Source: a virus
Lineage: Duplodnaviria; Caudoviricetes
Strand: one strand, 5' to 3'
IMG/VR virus record: IMGVR_UViG_3300020045_004812
Span: 1 to 35,753 of that record
DNA: 35,753 bases
Shown: one piece after another, positions 25,649-33,730 of the stretch
How the letters are laid out: every line of letters starts with the position of its first letter
Position numbering within the stretch: the first letter of the stretch is position 1
Translations under genes and position numbers: made by a program
The notes under the pieces: model-generated
What the model was told of the DNA's origin: nothing
What the model saw: the letters and a program-made list of their open reading frames with translations, nothing else
The model's database searches: none

Positions 25649-25965
25649 TGACCGCCATTCCCAACTATCCCAACGTCCACGCCAACAACAGCCACCCCGT
25701 ACAGCACGTCCCCGAAGCACCGATGTGCCACGTCGATGATGCGATGATCGTGCATATGTTTGGCGATACCCCCCGCGCAGCTGATAAATTTCCGCCGCTC
25801 AAATCACAGCGCGAGATTGACGAGGATGGTGGCATCCCCGGAGCCGTGGCGCTGGCGGTGATGTTCGCGGCTGTTGGCCTCATGGGCTTGATCTGGGGCA
25901 TCGGGGAGCCGTTGATGTGGGGGCTGATCCGTTTTGCAAATTGGATGTTGGGGGTGCAGCTGTGA
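25648..25965 (+). CDS. Hypothetical membrane protein
   Basis: C-terminal hydrophobic helix; GGAGG SD. Confidence 0.65.
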   Translation: MTAIPNYPNVHANNSHPVQHVPEAPMCHVDDAMIVHMFGDTPRAADKFPPLKSQREIDEDGGIPGAVALAVMFAAVGLMGLIWGIGEPLMWGLIRFANWMLGVQL

Positions 25966-26366
25966 CCTTTGACCCGACACAAAACCGCGTCCCGACATGC
26001 CTGCTGACGGCGGATGAATTGGCTGCGTTGAAGGCGGCGAAGCATGGCGTTGAGTGCCTCGGAAGCTCTAAATGGTTTGATGCCAACACACCGACTTGGG
26101 CGCCGAACAGCGTCTACCGCGCCAAGCCCGCGCCTCGCCCTACGATCATCTGCAACGGCGTGGAAGTGCCGGAACCGGTGCGGGAGGCGTTGGCTACGGG
26201 GACTATGTATTGGCTTGCTGCGCCATTTAGCCAGAAATGGGCAATATATATGAATTGGCGCGGAGACGGCGACGACATGCACCGACTAACCACAGGTCAA
26301 GTCCACCTATCCGAAGCCGACGCCGTAGCCCACGCCAAAGCGATGGCAAAGGCGGGGTGCGTGTGA
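25962..26366 (+). CDS. Hypothetical mosaic protein (YRAKP module plus ICNGVEVPEP module)
   Basis: GTGA-coupled start; two distinct segments. Confidence 0.7.
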   Translation: MTFDPTQNRVPTCLLTADELAALKAAKHGVECLGSSKWFDANTPTWAPNSVYRAKPAPRPTIICNGVEVPEPVREALATGTMYWLAAPFSQKWAIYMNWRGDGDDMHRLTTGQVHLSEADAVAHAKAMAKAGCV

Positions 26367-26500
26367 TGGTTTGCATGAAGGGCGCAACGGCCTACGAACT
26401 CCAAATCAGCCGCGTGGTTTTCCGATGGATACATCTGTCGGGGGAATATTGGAAACGCAAACCTTGGCGCAGATTTAGCATACAGATTGTGAGGGATTGA
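26366..26500 (+). CDS. Small basic protein (44 aa)
   Basis: TGATG coupling at both ends. Confidence 0.5.
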   Translation: MVCMKGATAYELQISRVVFRWIHLSGEYWKRKPWRRFSIQIVRD

Positions 26501-26709
26501 TGGCTGCTTATGTCAAACAGGCGGATCAGGTTGTGCTGATCATGAGCAAAGAAGAGGCAACGGCGCTTCTCAATCTGGCGTCCTATGCCATCGACAAAGG
26601 CGTCAAGCTGTCCACCAATAACTCGGTTTTGGAGGCGCAAGATCGGGCGTTCAGAGCGCTTGATGTGGCCTGCAATCAGGGTTCAAGATCGGGAGCGGCA
26701 ATCCAATGA
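26500..26709 (+). CDS. Hypothetical protein
   Basis: Coupled ORF. Confidence 0.6.
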   Translation: MAAYVKQADQVVLIMSKEEATALLNLASYAIDKGVKLSTNNSVLEAQDRAFRALDVACNQGSRSGAAIQ

Positions 26710-27227
26710 CCCACCCCCACGATCAAGCCCCCGCGCCCCTGACAACAGATGTGGTGGCGCAGATGGTGACGCGACTACGTTTACGAGGGCAGCATCAGCG
26801 GTCCACATGGAATGATGGCGATATGGAATTTGCCGCCGCCGATCTGCTTGCCGCACTGTGGGCGGACGCAATCGCGGGGAATACCCAGCCACACCCGCAT
26901 GATCCAACTTGGGCGCAGGAGGTTGAATATCTGATCGCGAGATTGGGCGAGATGAAGCCATCCGAAGCCGCCCTCTCCACCCAGCTTGCCGAGCGTGATG
27001 CGGAGTTGGCGCGGGTGACAAATGAACTAGCGGCCTCACAAAATGAAGCAGTAATGAACTACGTCGAACTCACCACCGCCAGCCGTCGCATCGCCGCACT
27101 GACCGAGGCGCTGACGGAATTGCTGAATGTCATTGATCGCGGGCGGCAGAACCACTTGACGGTGGATGATTGCATCAACGCCGAACACGCCCGCGCCCTC
27201 ACAACCGACAAGGAACCCACGACATGA
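26706..27227 (+). CDS. Ead/Ea22-like coiled-coil mosaic protein
   Basis: AADLL and RDAELARV...IAALTEAL.ELL coiled-coil motifs. Confidence 0.6.
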   Translation: MTHPHDQAPAPLTTDVVAQMVTRLRLRGQHQRSTWNDGDMEFAAADLLAALWADAIAGNTQPHPHDPTWAQEVEYLIARLGEMKPSEAALSTQLAERDAELARVTNELAASQNEAVMNYVELTTASRRIAALTEALTELLNVIDRGRQNHLTVDDCINAEHARALTTDKEPTT

Positions 27228-27736
27228 TAGCACCGGATAAGATTTGGGCTGAAATTGATGAAGGTGGAAATATTTTCATCACGTCTGGGGTGAATAAGCC
27301 AGACGAATACAATATGCCGTTTTTTATCGAATACATCCGCACCGACCTGACGCCCCCCGCTGCCGACTATGTGGCGGGACTGGAAGCGGCGTTAAAATCT
27401 GCAACAGATAGCCGTAACCACTTCAAATCCAGCGCAGCATCACAAAAAACCAGATGTGCCAAGCTGCGCCATAGACAAAGGGCGCTGTTGTCAGCACTTG
27501 AGACAATCCGTTTCGCCACAACATTGGAAGATGCAAGGTTCAAAGCCCATATCGCTATCGGCGGATGGTCTGACGATGAACTTGTGTTCGCCGCCCGCCC
27601 CGCATCGCCGGATACGCGGGTGGTGACTGTGGGGGATTTGACGCGATGGCTTGGTGTGCTGGATGATCCTGACATCGGTAGGTTTTTGGCAATGGAAGAA
27701 ATCCGCACCGTAATTGGAGGGCAAGACCGTGGGTGA
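27224..27736 (+). CDS. Hypothetical mosaic protein
   Basis: APDKIW...EYIRTDL module; AAGGA SD. Confidence 0.65.
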   Translation: MIAPDKIWAEIDEGGNIFITSGVNKPDEYNMPFFIEYIRTDLTPPAADYVAGLEAALKSATDSRNHFKSSAASQKTRCAKLRHRQRALLSALETIRFATTLEDARFKAHIAIGGWSDDELVFAARPASPDTRVVTVGDLTRWLGVLDDPDIGRFLAMEEIRTVIGGQDRG

Positions 27737-28691
27737 TACCTGCTCATACTGCCAAAAGCCGCTTGGTGGCGTCTCTCAAAGCTATTGGGGGAACGAGTGC
27801 CATATTGAGTGCAACCCGGCGAACATTGAGGCCGCTGCTGCCCGCGAGGTCCAGCGTCAGATTGGTCGCGACGAAAGCAAAGCCGAGATTGCAAAACTTC
27901 GCGCCGCCCTCGACGCAGCAGAGGCTAACATCAACCTGAAAGCCGACTGGATTGACGCCACAATTAACGACATGGCGCAGGGTGAGCAGGACGCAGCAGA
28001 GGCCCGCGCTGTGGGGGTGCAAGTCCAACGTGGCGGAAAATGGATTGTCGTTGGCGACAAGGCGTATGATTTGCGTGAATGCACCGAAGCCGCAGCTGCT
28101 TTGGTTGTAGCATCAGGCAGCAATAACCTTGGCTTTGACATGCCGGGGTGGTTTTTCACAGGATCCCCTTACGCCGAACAAATCAAAGCACTTGGCGTTG
28201 CAGCGCAGGATATTCCATCTGATTTTGTCGCCGAAGTTGTCCCTGACCTTGGTAAAGTTTGGCGGGCGCGGCAGACCATTTGGGAAACATATATCAGAAC
28301 CGCCCTGCACCCCGCCAGCCCACTAGGGGCGGTGGTGATGAGGGAGAAGGCGGCGCAGGAGATAATGACCTCTGGCGATAGTGCTGTTACGGAAGCGTTA
28401 GGGCAAAGGCTGTGCTGCAATGGGCATCATTGCGGATGCCAAGGCAGTACGGTTGAGCAATTCCTTGTTCACAATATCCGCGCCATCCCCCTCACCTTCA
28501 CCCCCGCCGAACTGCTTGCGGCTGCGGCGGAGTTGCCGGAAGTGAGGGCGCTGGTGGAGGCAGCGACTGACTTGGCGCGAGAAATGGCATTCATGCTACG
28601 GCATAACCCAGAGAAAGACGGCGGAATGTATCGGGATGCGCTATCCGCAACCGAAGCCGCCCTCGCCCCGTTCGCGCGGAAGGGGGAGTGA
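27729..28691 (+). CDS. Multi-module mosaic protein with Cys clusters
   Basis: CSYC..CH.EC at the N-terminus, internal CCNGHHCGCQG; GGAGG SD before the GTG. Confidence 0.7.
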   Translation: MGDTCSYCQKPLGGVSQSYWGNECHIECNPANIEAAAAREVQRQIGRDESKAEIAKLRAALDAAEANINLKADWIDATINDMAQGEQDAAEARAVGVQVQRGGKWIVVGDKAYDLRECTEAAAALVVASGSNNLGFDMPGWFFTGSPYAEQIKALGVAAQDIPSDFVAEVVPDLGKVWRARQTIWETYIRTALHPASPLGAVVMREKAAQEIMTSGDSAVTEALGQRLCCNGHHCGCQGSTVEQFLVHNIRAIPLTFTPAELLAAAAELPEVRALVEAATDLAREMAFMLRHNPEKDGGMYRDALSATEAALAPFARKGE

Positions 28692-28783
28692 TGGAATACA
28701 TAGCCGCAATCGGTCTTGGATACATCGCTGGCGTAGCCGCTGCCAGATCTTACATTAAGCACGTGATTGGACCCCGCAAATGA
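28691..28783 (+). CDS. 30-aa hydrophobic peptide
   Basis: MEYIAAIGLGYIAGVAAARSYIKHVIGPRK; coupled at both ends. Confidence 0.45.
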   Translation: MEYIAAIGLGYIAGVAAARSYIKHVIGPRK

Positions 28784-29136
28784 CCCCCGCCCCCGATCCC
28801 GCCCTAGCCGCGCGGCTTGCTGAGTTGTCTGGCGAAAGCTATGGCACAGATTGTATTGGCGATGACCTGGAACAAGCGATGTGGACCGCCTACCGCTCCG
28901 GCCAGCTTATCACCATCGCCGACCACGAGCGCGCCGTGCAAGCCGCCGTGGCGAAGGCGGTGGAGGCGGAACGAGTAAGGGCAGACTCCATGGCACGGTC
29001 GGCACGCGAAACTGAACGCGAAGCCTGCGCCGTTATTGCGTCAAAGGGCAGCTATTCCTCTGCTGACCCATATTCCATCGGCTGCGGCCAACGTATCGCC
29101 GCCGCCATCCGCGCCCGCAAAGGAGATGCGATGTGA
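28780..29136 (+). CDS. Hypothetical protein
   Basis: EREACA...IAAAIRAR motif common in phage early proteins. Confidence 0.65.
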   Translation: MTPAPDPALAARLAELSGESYGTDCIGDDLEQAMWTAYRSGQLITIADHERAVQAAVAKAVEAERVRADSMARSARETEREACAVIASKGSYSSADPYSIGCGQRIAAAIRARKGDAM

Positions 29137-29360
29137 GGGCATTTTTCAGAGATTGGGTGATGCTTTATATGGGCGCAGGCATCTTCGCCGCGTGCTTGTT
29201 CAAAGCAGCAACACCGGCAACAAACCCACTCGGCTTTGCTTACATCACCGCGACTTGGCCCATGCTGGTGATCTGTGCGCGGGCTGACAGCGGATGTAAC
29301 CCCATGCCGCCAGAATGGCTTGGAAAATACCTGTTCACGTTCTCGGAGGCCACCCCATGA
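29133..29360 (+). CDS. Small membrane protein
   Basis: Two hydrophobic segments; AGGAG SD. Confidence 0.55.
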   Translation: MRAFFRDWVMLYMGAGIFAACLFKAATPATNPLGFAYITATWPMLVICARADSGCNPMPPEWLGKYLFTFSEATP

Positions 29361-29737
29361 CCCACCCACAGACCGCCGCGCTGCAAGCCCTGCTGGAACG
29401 GGTGGAGGCGGGAAAGTACAAGTTTAATGGATGGGCTGATCAGCCTCTTGAACGTAAGCACATGGGAAAGGTTGACGACGCCTTCCACGGCTCACTCGAC
29501 GCGGCCAAGGCGCTGCATGAGGCGGTGCTGCCGGGGTGGGCCGTTGATCGCATGGGCATTTGGCCGGGTGGCAGCGCATCTGTCAGAATTGTCGGAACGC
29601 ATATCGGTCATGATGGCGACAGGTGGCACAACTTCAAGGACGGAGAAGCTGAAGGCGTATCACCGATCCCCTCCCGCGCATGGCTGATCGCAATCCTCCG
29701 CGCCCTGATCGCCACCGCAGACACGGAGGGGCGGTGA
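29357..29737 (+). CDS. Hypothetical phage protein
   Basis: GSLDAAKALHEAVLPGW...PSRAWLIAILRAL motif; GGAGG SD. Confidence 0.7.
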   Translation: MTHPQTAALQALLERVEAGKYKFNGWADQPLERKHMGKVDDAFHGSLDAAKALHEAVLPGWAVDRMGIWPGGSASVRIVGTHIGHDGDRWHNFKDGEAEGVSPIPSRAWLIAILRALIATADTEGR

Positions 29738-29799
29738 TGCACAACCCACCCCCAAAACCGCAGGAGACGCCATGACGCCGGAGTAATATGCAAAGAAGT

Positions 29800-29904
29800 A
29801 GAGCGCGGCAATGTGGGATTTGAACCCACGGCGATCAGCATAGGCTAGCTGCCAAACGCAATCCGTCGATTTGCTTTAATCCTCTCAGCCAATCGCCGCG
29901 CTCT
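29800..29904 (-). ncRNA. tRNA-like RNA (Ser/Leu-type body) without a canonical anticodon loop
   Basis: 13-bp closing stem, D-arm GCT-GAGAGGATTAA-AGC, T-arm GTGGG-TTCAAAT-CCCAC, long variable arm; anticodon arm reduced to AATC-GACG-GATT. Confidence 0.65.
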
Positions 29905-29976
29905 GGTGATACATCCTTGATGTAGGCTGCGGATTGTTAAGGCCCGCAATTTCACGCCTGTTCGATGTATCGCCAG
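29903..29976 (-). ncRNA. Long hairpin RNA between the two tRNA-like elements
   Basis: CTGGCGATACATC/GATGTATCACCAG (12 of 13 paired), inner AGGC/GCCT and GCGGG/TCCGC stems. Confidence 0.45.
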
Positions 29977-29983
29977 AAAGCGG

Positions 29984-30054
29984 TTGCGCAGTCGGGACTT
30001 GAACCCGAAACGGCGGGGTATGAACCCACCATGATACCATTTCACTACCGCGAC
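29984..30054 (-). tRNA. tRNA-Met(CAT), initiator-like, with frayed acceptor end and no encoded CCA
   Basis: GTCGCGG TA GTGA-AATGGTA-TCAT G GTGGG-TTCATAC-CCCGC CGTT TCGGG-TTCAAGT-CCCGA CTGCGCA A, followed by CCG. Confidence 0.8.
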
Positions 30055-30060
30055 CCGCCC

Positions 30061-30089
30061 ACCATAGCCCACATCAGATCGCATATCAA
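30061..30089 (-). promoter_or_regulatory. sigma70-like promoter of the RNA cluster
   Basis: TTGATA-17-TATGGT, 6 nt before tRNA position 1. Confidence 0.65.
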
Positions 30090-30223
30090 TATCTGACATA
30101 GCCCCCGCCATATGTCAGCGAAACCGCGAAAACTTAACATATGGCGCGGGACGTGTTAACCGATCATCCACCACCACCCTGCCCCGCCGCACACCACGGC
30201 GGGGATGATCCACCAGCATTGCA

Positions 30224-33025
30224 TCACACCGGAACCTTAGGTGCAGCGACACCAGCTCCAACACCGACGCCAATGCCGAAAATATCCTTCGTCGCAGCGG
30301 TGGCAGTGACGCTAATACCAATACTACCGGAAGCAATGGGCGACGTGTCGGTATAGATGCTTTGGAACGCAACTGGCTCATTATCAATATCAAGCCCAGT
30401 TTCTATATCGAGATCTCTCATACTCCACGCCTTTAGGCTTATCACCAAATTAGCCCCAGACAATACCCACCTGACCCTAAAGCCGAGGTTGTTCGCAGCT
30501 TGGCTATAACCAGTTTCAAAACCCGGTGTAACGTTGTAGTTTTGCATTAGGTTTGAGGCCTGCGTAGAAACCCCAGAAACCACACGGTTAACTCGCAATT
30601 GTAATACAGAGGCAGCGGTGATAGCCTCTACGACATAACCATTGCCTGTAGTTTCATTTCCGGACATTCGGATGCCGAAACCAATTCGGGTAGCCGCCAC
30701 GTTTGTCCCTGAAATACTTTCCAGATACAATTCGCCCTCAGATACATTTGACAAACCCCCAATCGGCAATACATCATCTAATGACCAAAAGCGATTTGCC
30801 GCTGTTCCATTGGAAGAAAGTTGAGCCACAGGAACCCCGGCAACTGTTTTCTTCAACAGCGTAATTGTTGGCGTTCCGGCCCACCGTTCCGTAAATTTCT
30901 GCGGCAGCGCGTTATTCACGCCGGATGGCACGTAGTAAGCCTGCGTTCCTGTAGCCGCCGCAGGCACAACCGCGTCAGAAGTGATGGTTACTGACCCGCT
31001 ACTATTGGTTGCGGTTACATCGCATGTGATCGACTGCCCCGCATCATAACCCCAAAGCAGATAATTGAACGCGGTTTCCGCCGTGATGTTTGCACCATTC
31101 CTTTTATATTGGAATGTAAACGTGGGAGCCGGATAACCAGACCAATCCCCTTTCCATGCAAACAACTCGCGCAGGCTAGAGACCCCTGCCGCGGGCTCAT
31201 AAAGTGGCCCCAAGAATTTGGGATACGGCTTATAATATAGAGCGGGCGGAGTGATGTTGACAGGTGCAGCGTTGGCGGCTGTGCCTGTTGGAGTGCCGAT
31301 GTTGCGCTCTAACAACCACGACCCTGCAACCTGCCCCGGAGTGACCTCAGCAGGCCAATTATATGACCACGGCCCTGCACCCTGCGCATTCCAGAACCGC
31401 ACCGAGACATAGTATTTCACGCCACGCATGAGTCCGAGAATTGAACCGCTTATCCCGGTGTTATTTACCACCGTCCAACCAACTGCATCGAGGGAGTAGC
31501 GAATATCCACCCGCGTTACCGCGCCTATTGAGTAGTTCGGCGTGCTAAAATTATAGTTTAGAGAACCTGCCGCTGCAGTCACCCAAGTTCCCGGCAGATC
31601 GAATATATCAGGTGGACCTACCCATTGCGGAAGAGCAACTGTAGATCGCCAATCAGTATACATCTGACGGTGACGCGCCCCCAGCGGCAGATCAGTGTAG
31701 TTAATCAGCCTGTCCATGTATTCTAGCGCGGATGTATACCCGCCAGCGATCAGCGACTGTTCACCAGTCGCCCCAGACGGCCCATTTTGAAGCAAGGAAA
31801 CAGACATTGTGCCGGGCAATGATGCCGGAGAGCACACTGATCGGTATCTCGCAATTATGCCAGCATCGTGTGGTTGCCATTCTGGGATACCTAAATGTGC
31901 GTTTTGATAAGGCGCACGGAAGCGATACCCCCCGCCAGCACTAGCAGGGAATAGAACCGACTGGCCTATATATCCCGAAGTGATGTATTCAAATTGCGAT
32001 GTGATGTTTGATTTCATCGCGTTTGCGGCATCCAACATCGCCTGATTACCAAGTGCGAATGCGGCTATGTAAATGTCATCGACTTCGTTGAAGCCTTGCC
32101 CTGCGCCTGCAAGCCCACGATAGCCTGCCTTATATGCTCCATAAATATGGATGCCGTGCATAACGCAGCGGTCAAACAGCTCATCGGTGTTTGCGTCCGA
32201 AACGTTCGAGTGCAAAAGCAACCTGGCATCTGAGAGGTCAGGCCCGTATTGCGCAGAATACCCGCTATACCCTGCCAGAACGTGCATACGGCGCAACACT
32301 TCACCACCCCATCCCATTGCAGGCATGCCGCGCGGGAATTTTGTGAGACAAGTCGCGCTATCAACCATGCCAGTATATGGCGAGAGGTTGCGGAAGATAT
32401 TGCGATTAGCAGTCGTAGACTTGCCATAAATCGCTGGCGTCGGGTCAGAAGGCGCAAGTGGATAACTGTATTCGTCAGGGACAGACGTTACAACGTTGAA
32501 ATAAACGTATTTCTCGCTAACCTCATATGTGCCATTAACAGCGCCTGCGCGGCGGATTTGCTTGACGATGACCCCCTGCCAACCGGGGGCTATTGTCAGC
32601 GTTGCCCCGCCTGTTTTTGTGGGTGACACGTTTAGCGCCGTATCGTATGGGACGCCAGCCTTAGTCAAGACAGCTTGCGAACCGATAAGCCCATCAAACC
32701 CCTGCGGTAGTGTCCCTGTCGATTGTGGCGTTGTGCCACCGTAAGGCGAAAGCATCATCCCATTTTGTGCAAAGCCGTTTACATCATTCGCGGCGCTTGG
32801 GCTGTCCGAGGTGATCGTGAAGCCGCTGTCGTTGATAATCCACGGCTCGTTCAGGGTTTTGCCAACGCGCGCACCAGCGCCAGACGCCCCGAAAGTCAGC
32901 GTTGCGCCGTCATGGGTAAACGTGGGCGCTTGCGCGACCGTCATAGGCACCCCCGGCGCAACCCCACCACCCGCTCCGAGCGGACGCTGCATTGTCAGGC
33001 CGAGGCCAAGATTACTGATCTGCAT
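30224..33025 (-). CDS. Large FN3/Ig-like domain protein (virion appendage or glycan-binding candidate)
   Basis: 933 aa; LGLGL N-terminus, FN3-like YYVSVRFWNAQGAGPWS, Ig-like WSGYPAPTFTFQY...ITCDVTATNSSG, beta-rich C-terminal domain. Confidence 0.75.
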   Translation of the reverse strand: MQISNLGLGLTMQRPLGAGGGVAPGVPMTVAQAPTFTHDGATLTFGASGAGARVGKTLNEPWIINDSGFTITSDSPSAANDVNGFAQNGMMLSPYGGTTPQSTGTLPQGFDGLIGSQAVLTKAGVPYDTALNVSPTKTGGATLTIAPGWQGVIVKQIRRAGAVNGTYEVSEKYVYFNVVTSVPDEYSYPLAPSDPTPAIYGKSTTANRNIFRNLSPYTGMVDSATCLTKFPRGMPAMGWGGEVLRRMHVLAGYSGYSAQYGPDLSDARLLLHSNVSDANTDELFDRCVMHGIHIYGAYKAGYRGLAGAGQGFNEVDDIYIAAFALGNQAMLDAANAMKSNITSQFEYITSGYIGQSVLFPASAGGGYRFRAPYQNAHLGIPEWQPHDAGIIARYRSVCSPASLPGTMSVSLLQNGPSGATGEQSLIAGGYTSALEYMDRLINYTDLPLGARHRQMYTDWRSTVALPQWVGPPDIFDLPGTWVTAAAGSLNYNFSTPNYSIGAVTRVDIRYSLDAVGWTVVNNTGISGSILGLMRGVKYYVSVRFWNAQGAGPWSYNWPAEVTPGQVAGSWLLERNIGTPTGTAANAAPVNITPPALYYKPYPKFLGPLYEPAAGVSSLRELFAWKGDWSGYPAPTFTFQYKRNGANITAETAFNYLLWGYDAGQSITCDVTATNSSGSVTITSDAVVPAAATGTQAYYVPSGVNNALPQKFTERWAGTPTITLLKKTVAGVPVAQLSSNGTAANRFWSLDDVLPIGGLSNVSEGELYLESISGTNVAATRIGFGIRMSGNETTGNGYVVEAITAASVLQLRVNRVVSGVSTQASNLMQNYNVTPGFETGYSQAANNLGFRVRWVLSGANLVISLKAWSMRDLDIETGLDIDNEPVAFQSIYTDTSPIASGSIGISVTATAATKDIFGIGVGVGAGVAAPKVPV

Positions 33026-33215
33026 TGCCGCACCCCGCGTCTAAAACCCTGATCAAGCGCGCCCCCGATACCAACGACTGAGGCCCGCCATCGAGAGCCA
33101 GAGCCGCCGCGTGGGCCGTGCGCGCCGATGCGGACCCGTCGCAGAGCGCTTCATGGCTTGCCACGTTCACGCAGCCAGCATTGAGCATCATCGGCACTAT
33201 CATCAATTTCCACAC
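33012..33215 (-). CDS. o-spanin (Rz1-like lipoprotein)
   Basis: Lipobox-like LNAG-C and two further Cys; overlaps the 3' end of the Rz-like gene in another frame. Confidence 0.7.
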   Translation of the reverse strand: MWKLMIVPMMLNAGCVNVASHEALCDGSASARTAHAAALALDGGPQSLVSGARLIRVLDAGCGNADQ

Positions 33216-33378
33216 GGCCCATCTCCTTGATTGTCCGCTGATATTCTGCGGCGTCGTCTAGCTTGATTTTCTGGCGTTCGCTTGCTTTGATGTCCGCCAC
33301 GACGCGCCAAGTCACCCCGAACAGCGCCATGAGGCCGATTAGGTAGGGCGCGACCTGTGCGATAAGCCAAGCGGTCAT
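33151..33378 (-). CDS. i-spanin (Rz-like)
   Basis: N-terminal TM helix plus short coiled coil; lysis-cassette synteny. Confidence 0.7.
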   Translation of the reverse strand: MTAWLIAQVAPYLIGLMALFGVTWRVVADIKASERQKIKLDDAAEYQRTIKEMGRVEIDDSADDAQCWLRERGKP

Positions 33379-33545
33379 TCTGCATCCCTCAGAATTTCTA
33401 TCTTGACGATTTCAAAACAGCCGATCACTGTCGCGATAGACAGACCGTCACCCACGTCATAGCAGATCGCCTTGATTGCCTCGGCCAATTCTGCCGCCCG
33501 CTCTGGCGTTGGTGCGCCAGCCTTGATTGTGCGTAGCGATGTCAT
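33375..33545 (-). CDS. Small hypothetical protein (56 aa, MTSLRTIKAG...)
   Basis: Read by hand; ATGA overlaps on both sides. Confidence 0.6.
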   Translation of the reverse strand: MTSLRTIKAGAPTPERAAELAEAIKAICYDVGDGLSIATVIGCFEIVKIEILRDAE

Positions 33546-33730
33546 TGCATCACCGCCCCTTCTGTTTCATCCAGTTGGCCCCGTAAAATCACGATCAAAT
33601 CTTCCGCATCGCCACGATTGCGTCCAACCCATCGGGCAATGTCAGCTATCGTATGGTGGGCGTGGAATGACCAAACCTCATCGCCATTTGCATCATGGGT
33701 TAGGACTGGGGCTGTTTTGATCTCGCTCAT
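33542..33730 (-). CDS. Small hypothetical protein (62 aa)
   Basis: ATGA coupling on both sides. Confidence 0.55.
   Translation of the reverse strand: MSEIKTAPVLTHDANGDEVWSFHAHHTIADIARWVGRNRGDAEDLIVILRGQLDETEGAVMQ

Noticed and set aside
29800-29976. Y RNA/YrlA or tmRNA identity for the tRNA-like elements
   Set aside because: Arm order is canonical rather than permuted, there is no tag ORF, and I see no Ro60 or SmpB gene.
29984-30054. tRNA as an attachment-site remnant
   Set aside because: No integrase nearby, no duplicated 3' fragment, and the gene has its own promoter.
29845-30111. 88-aa minus-strand ORF
   Set aside because: It overlies the tRNA, tRNA-like elements and their promoter; RNA structure explains the sequence better.
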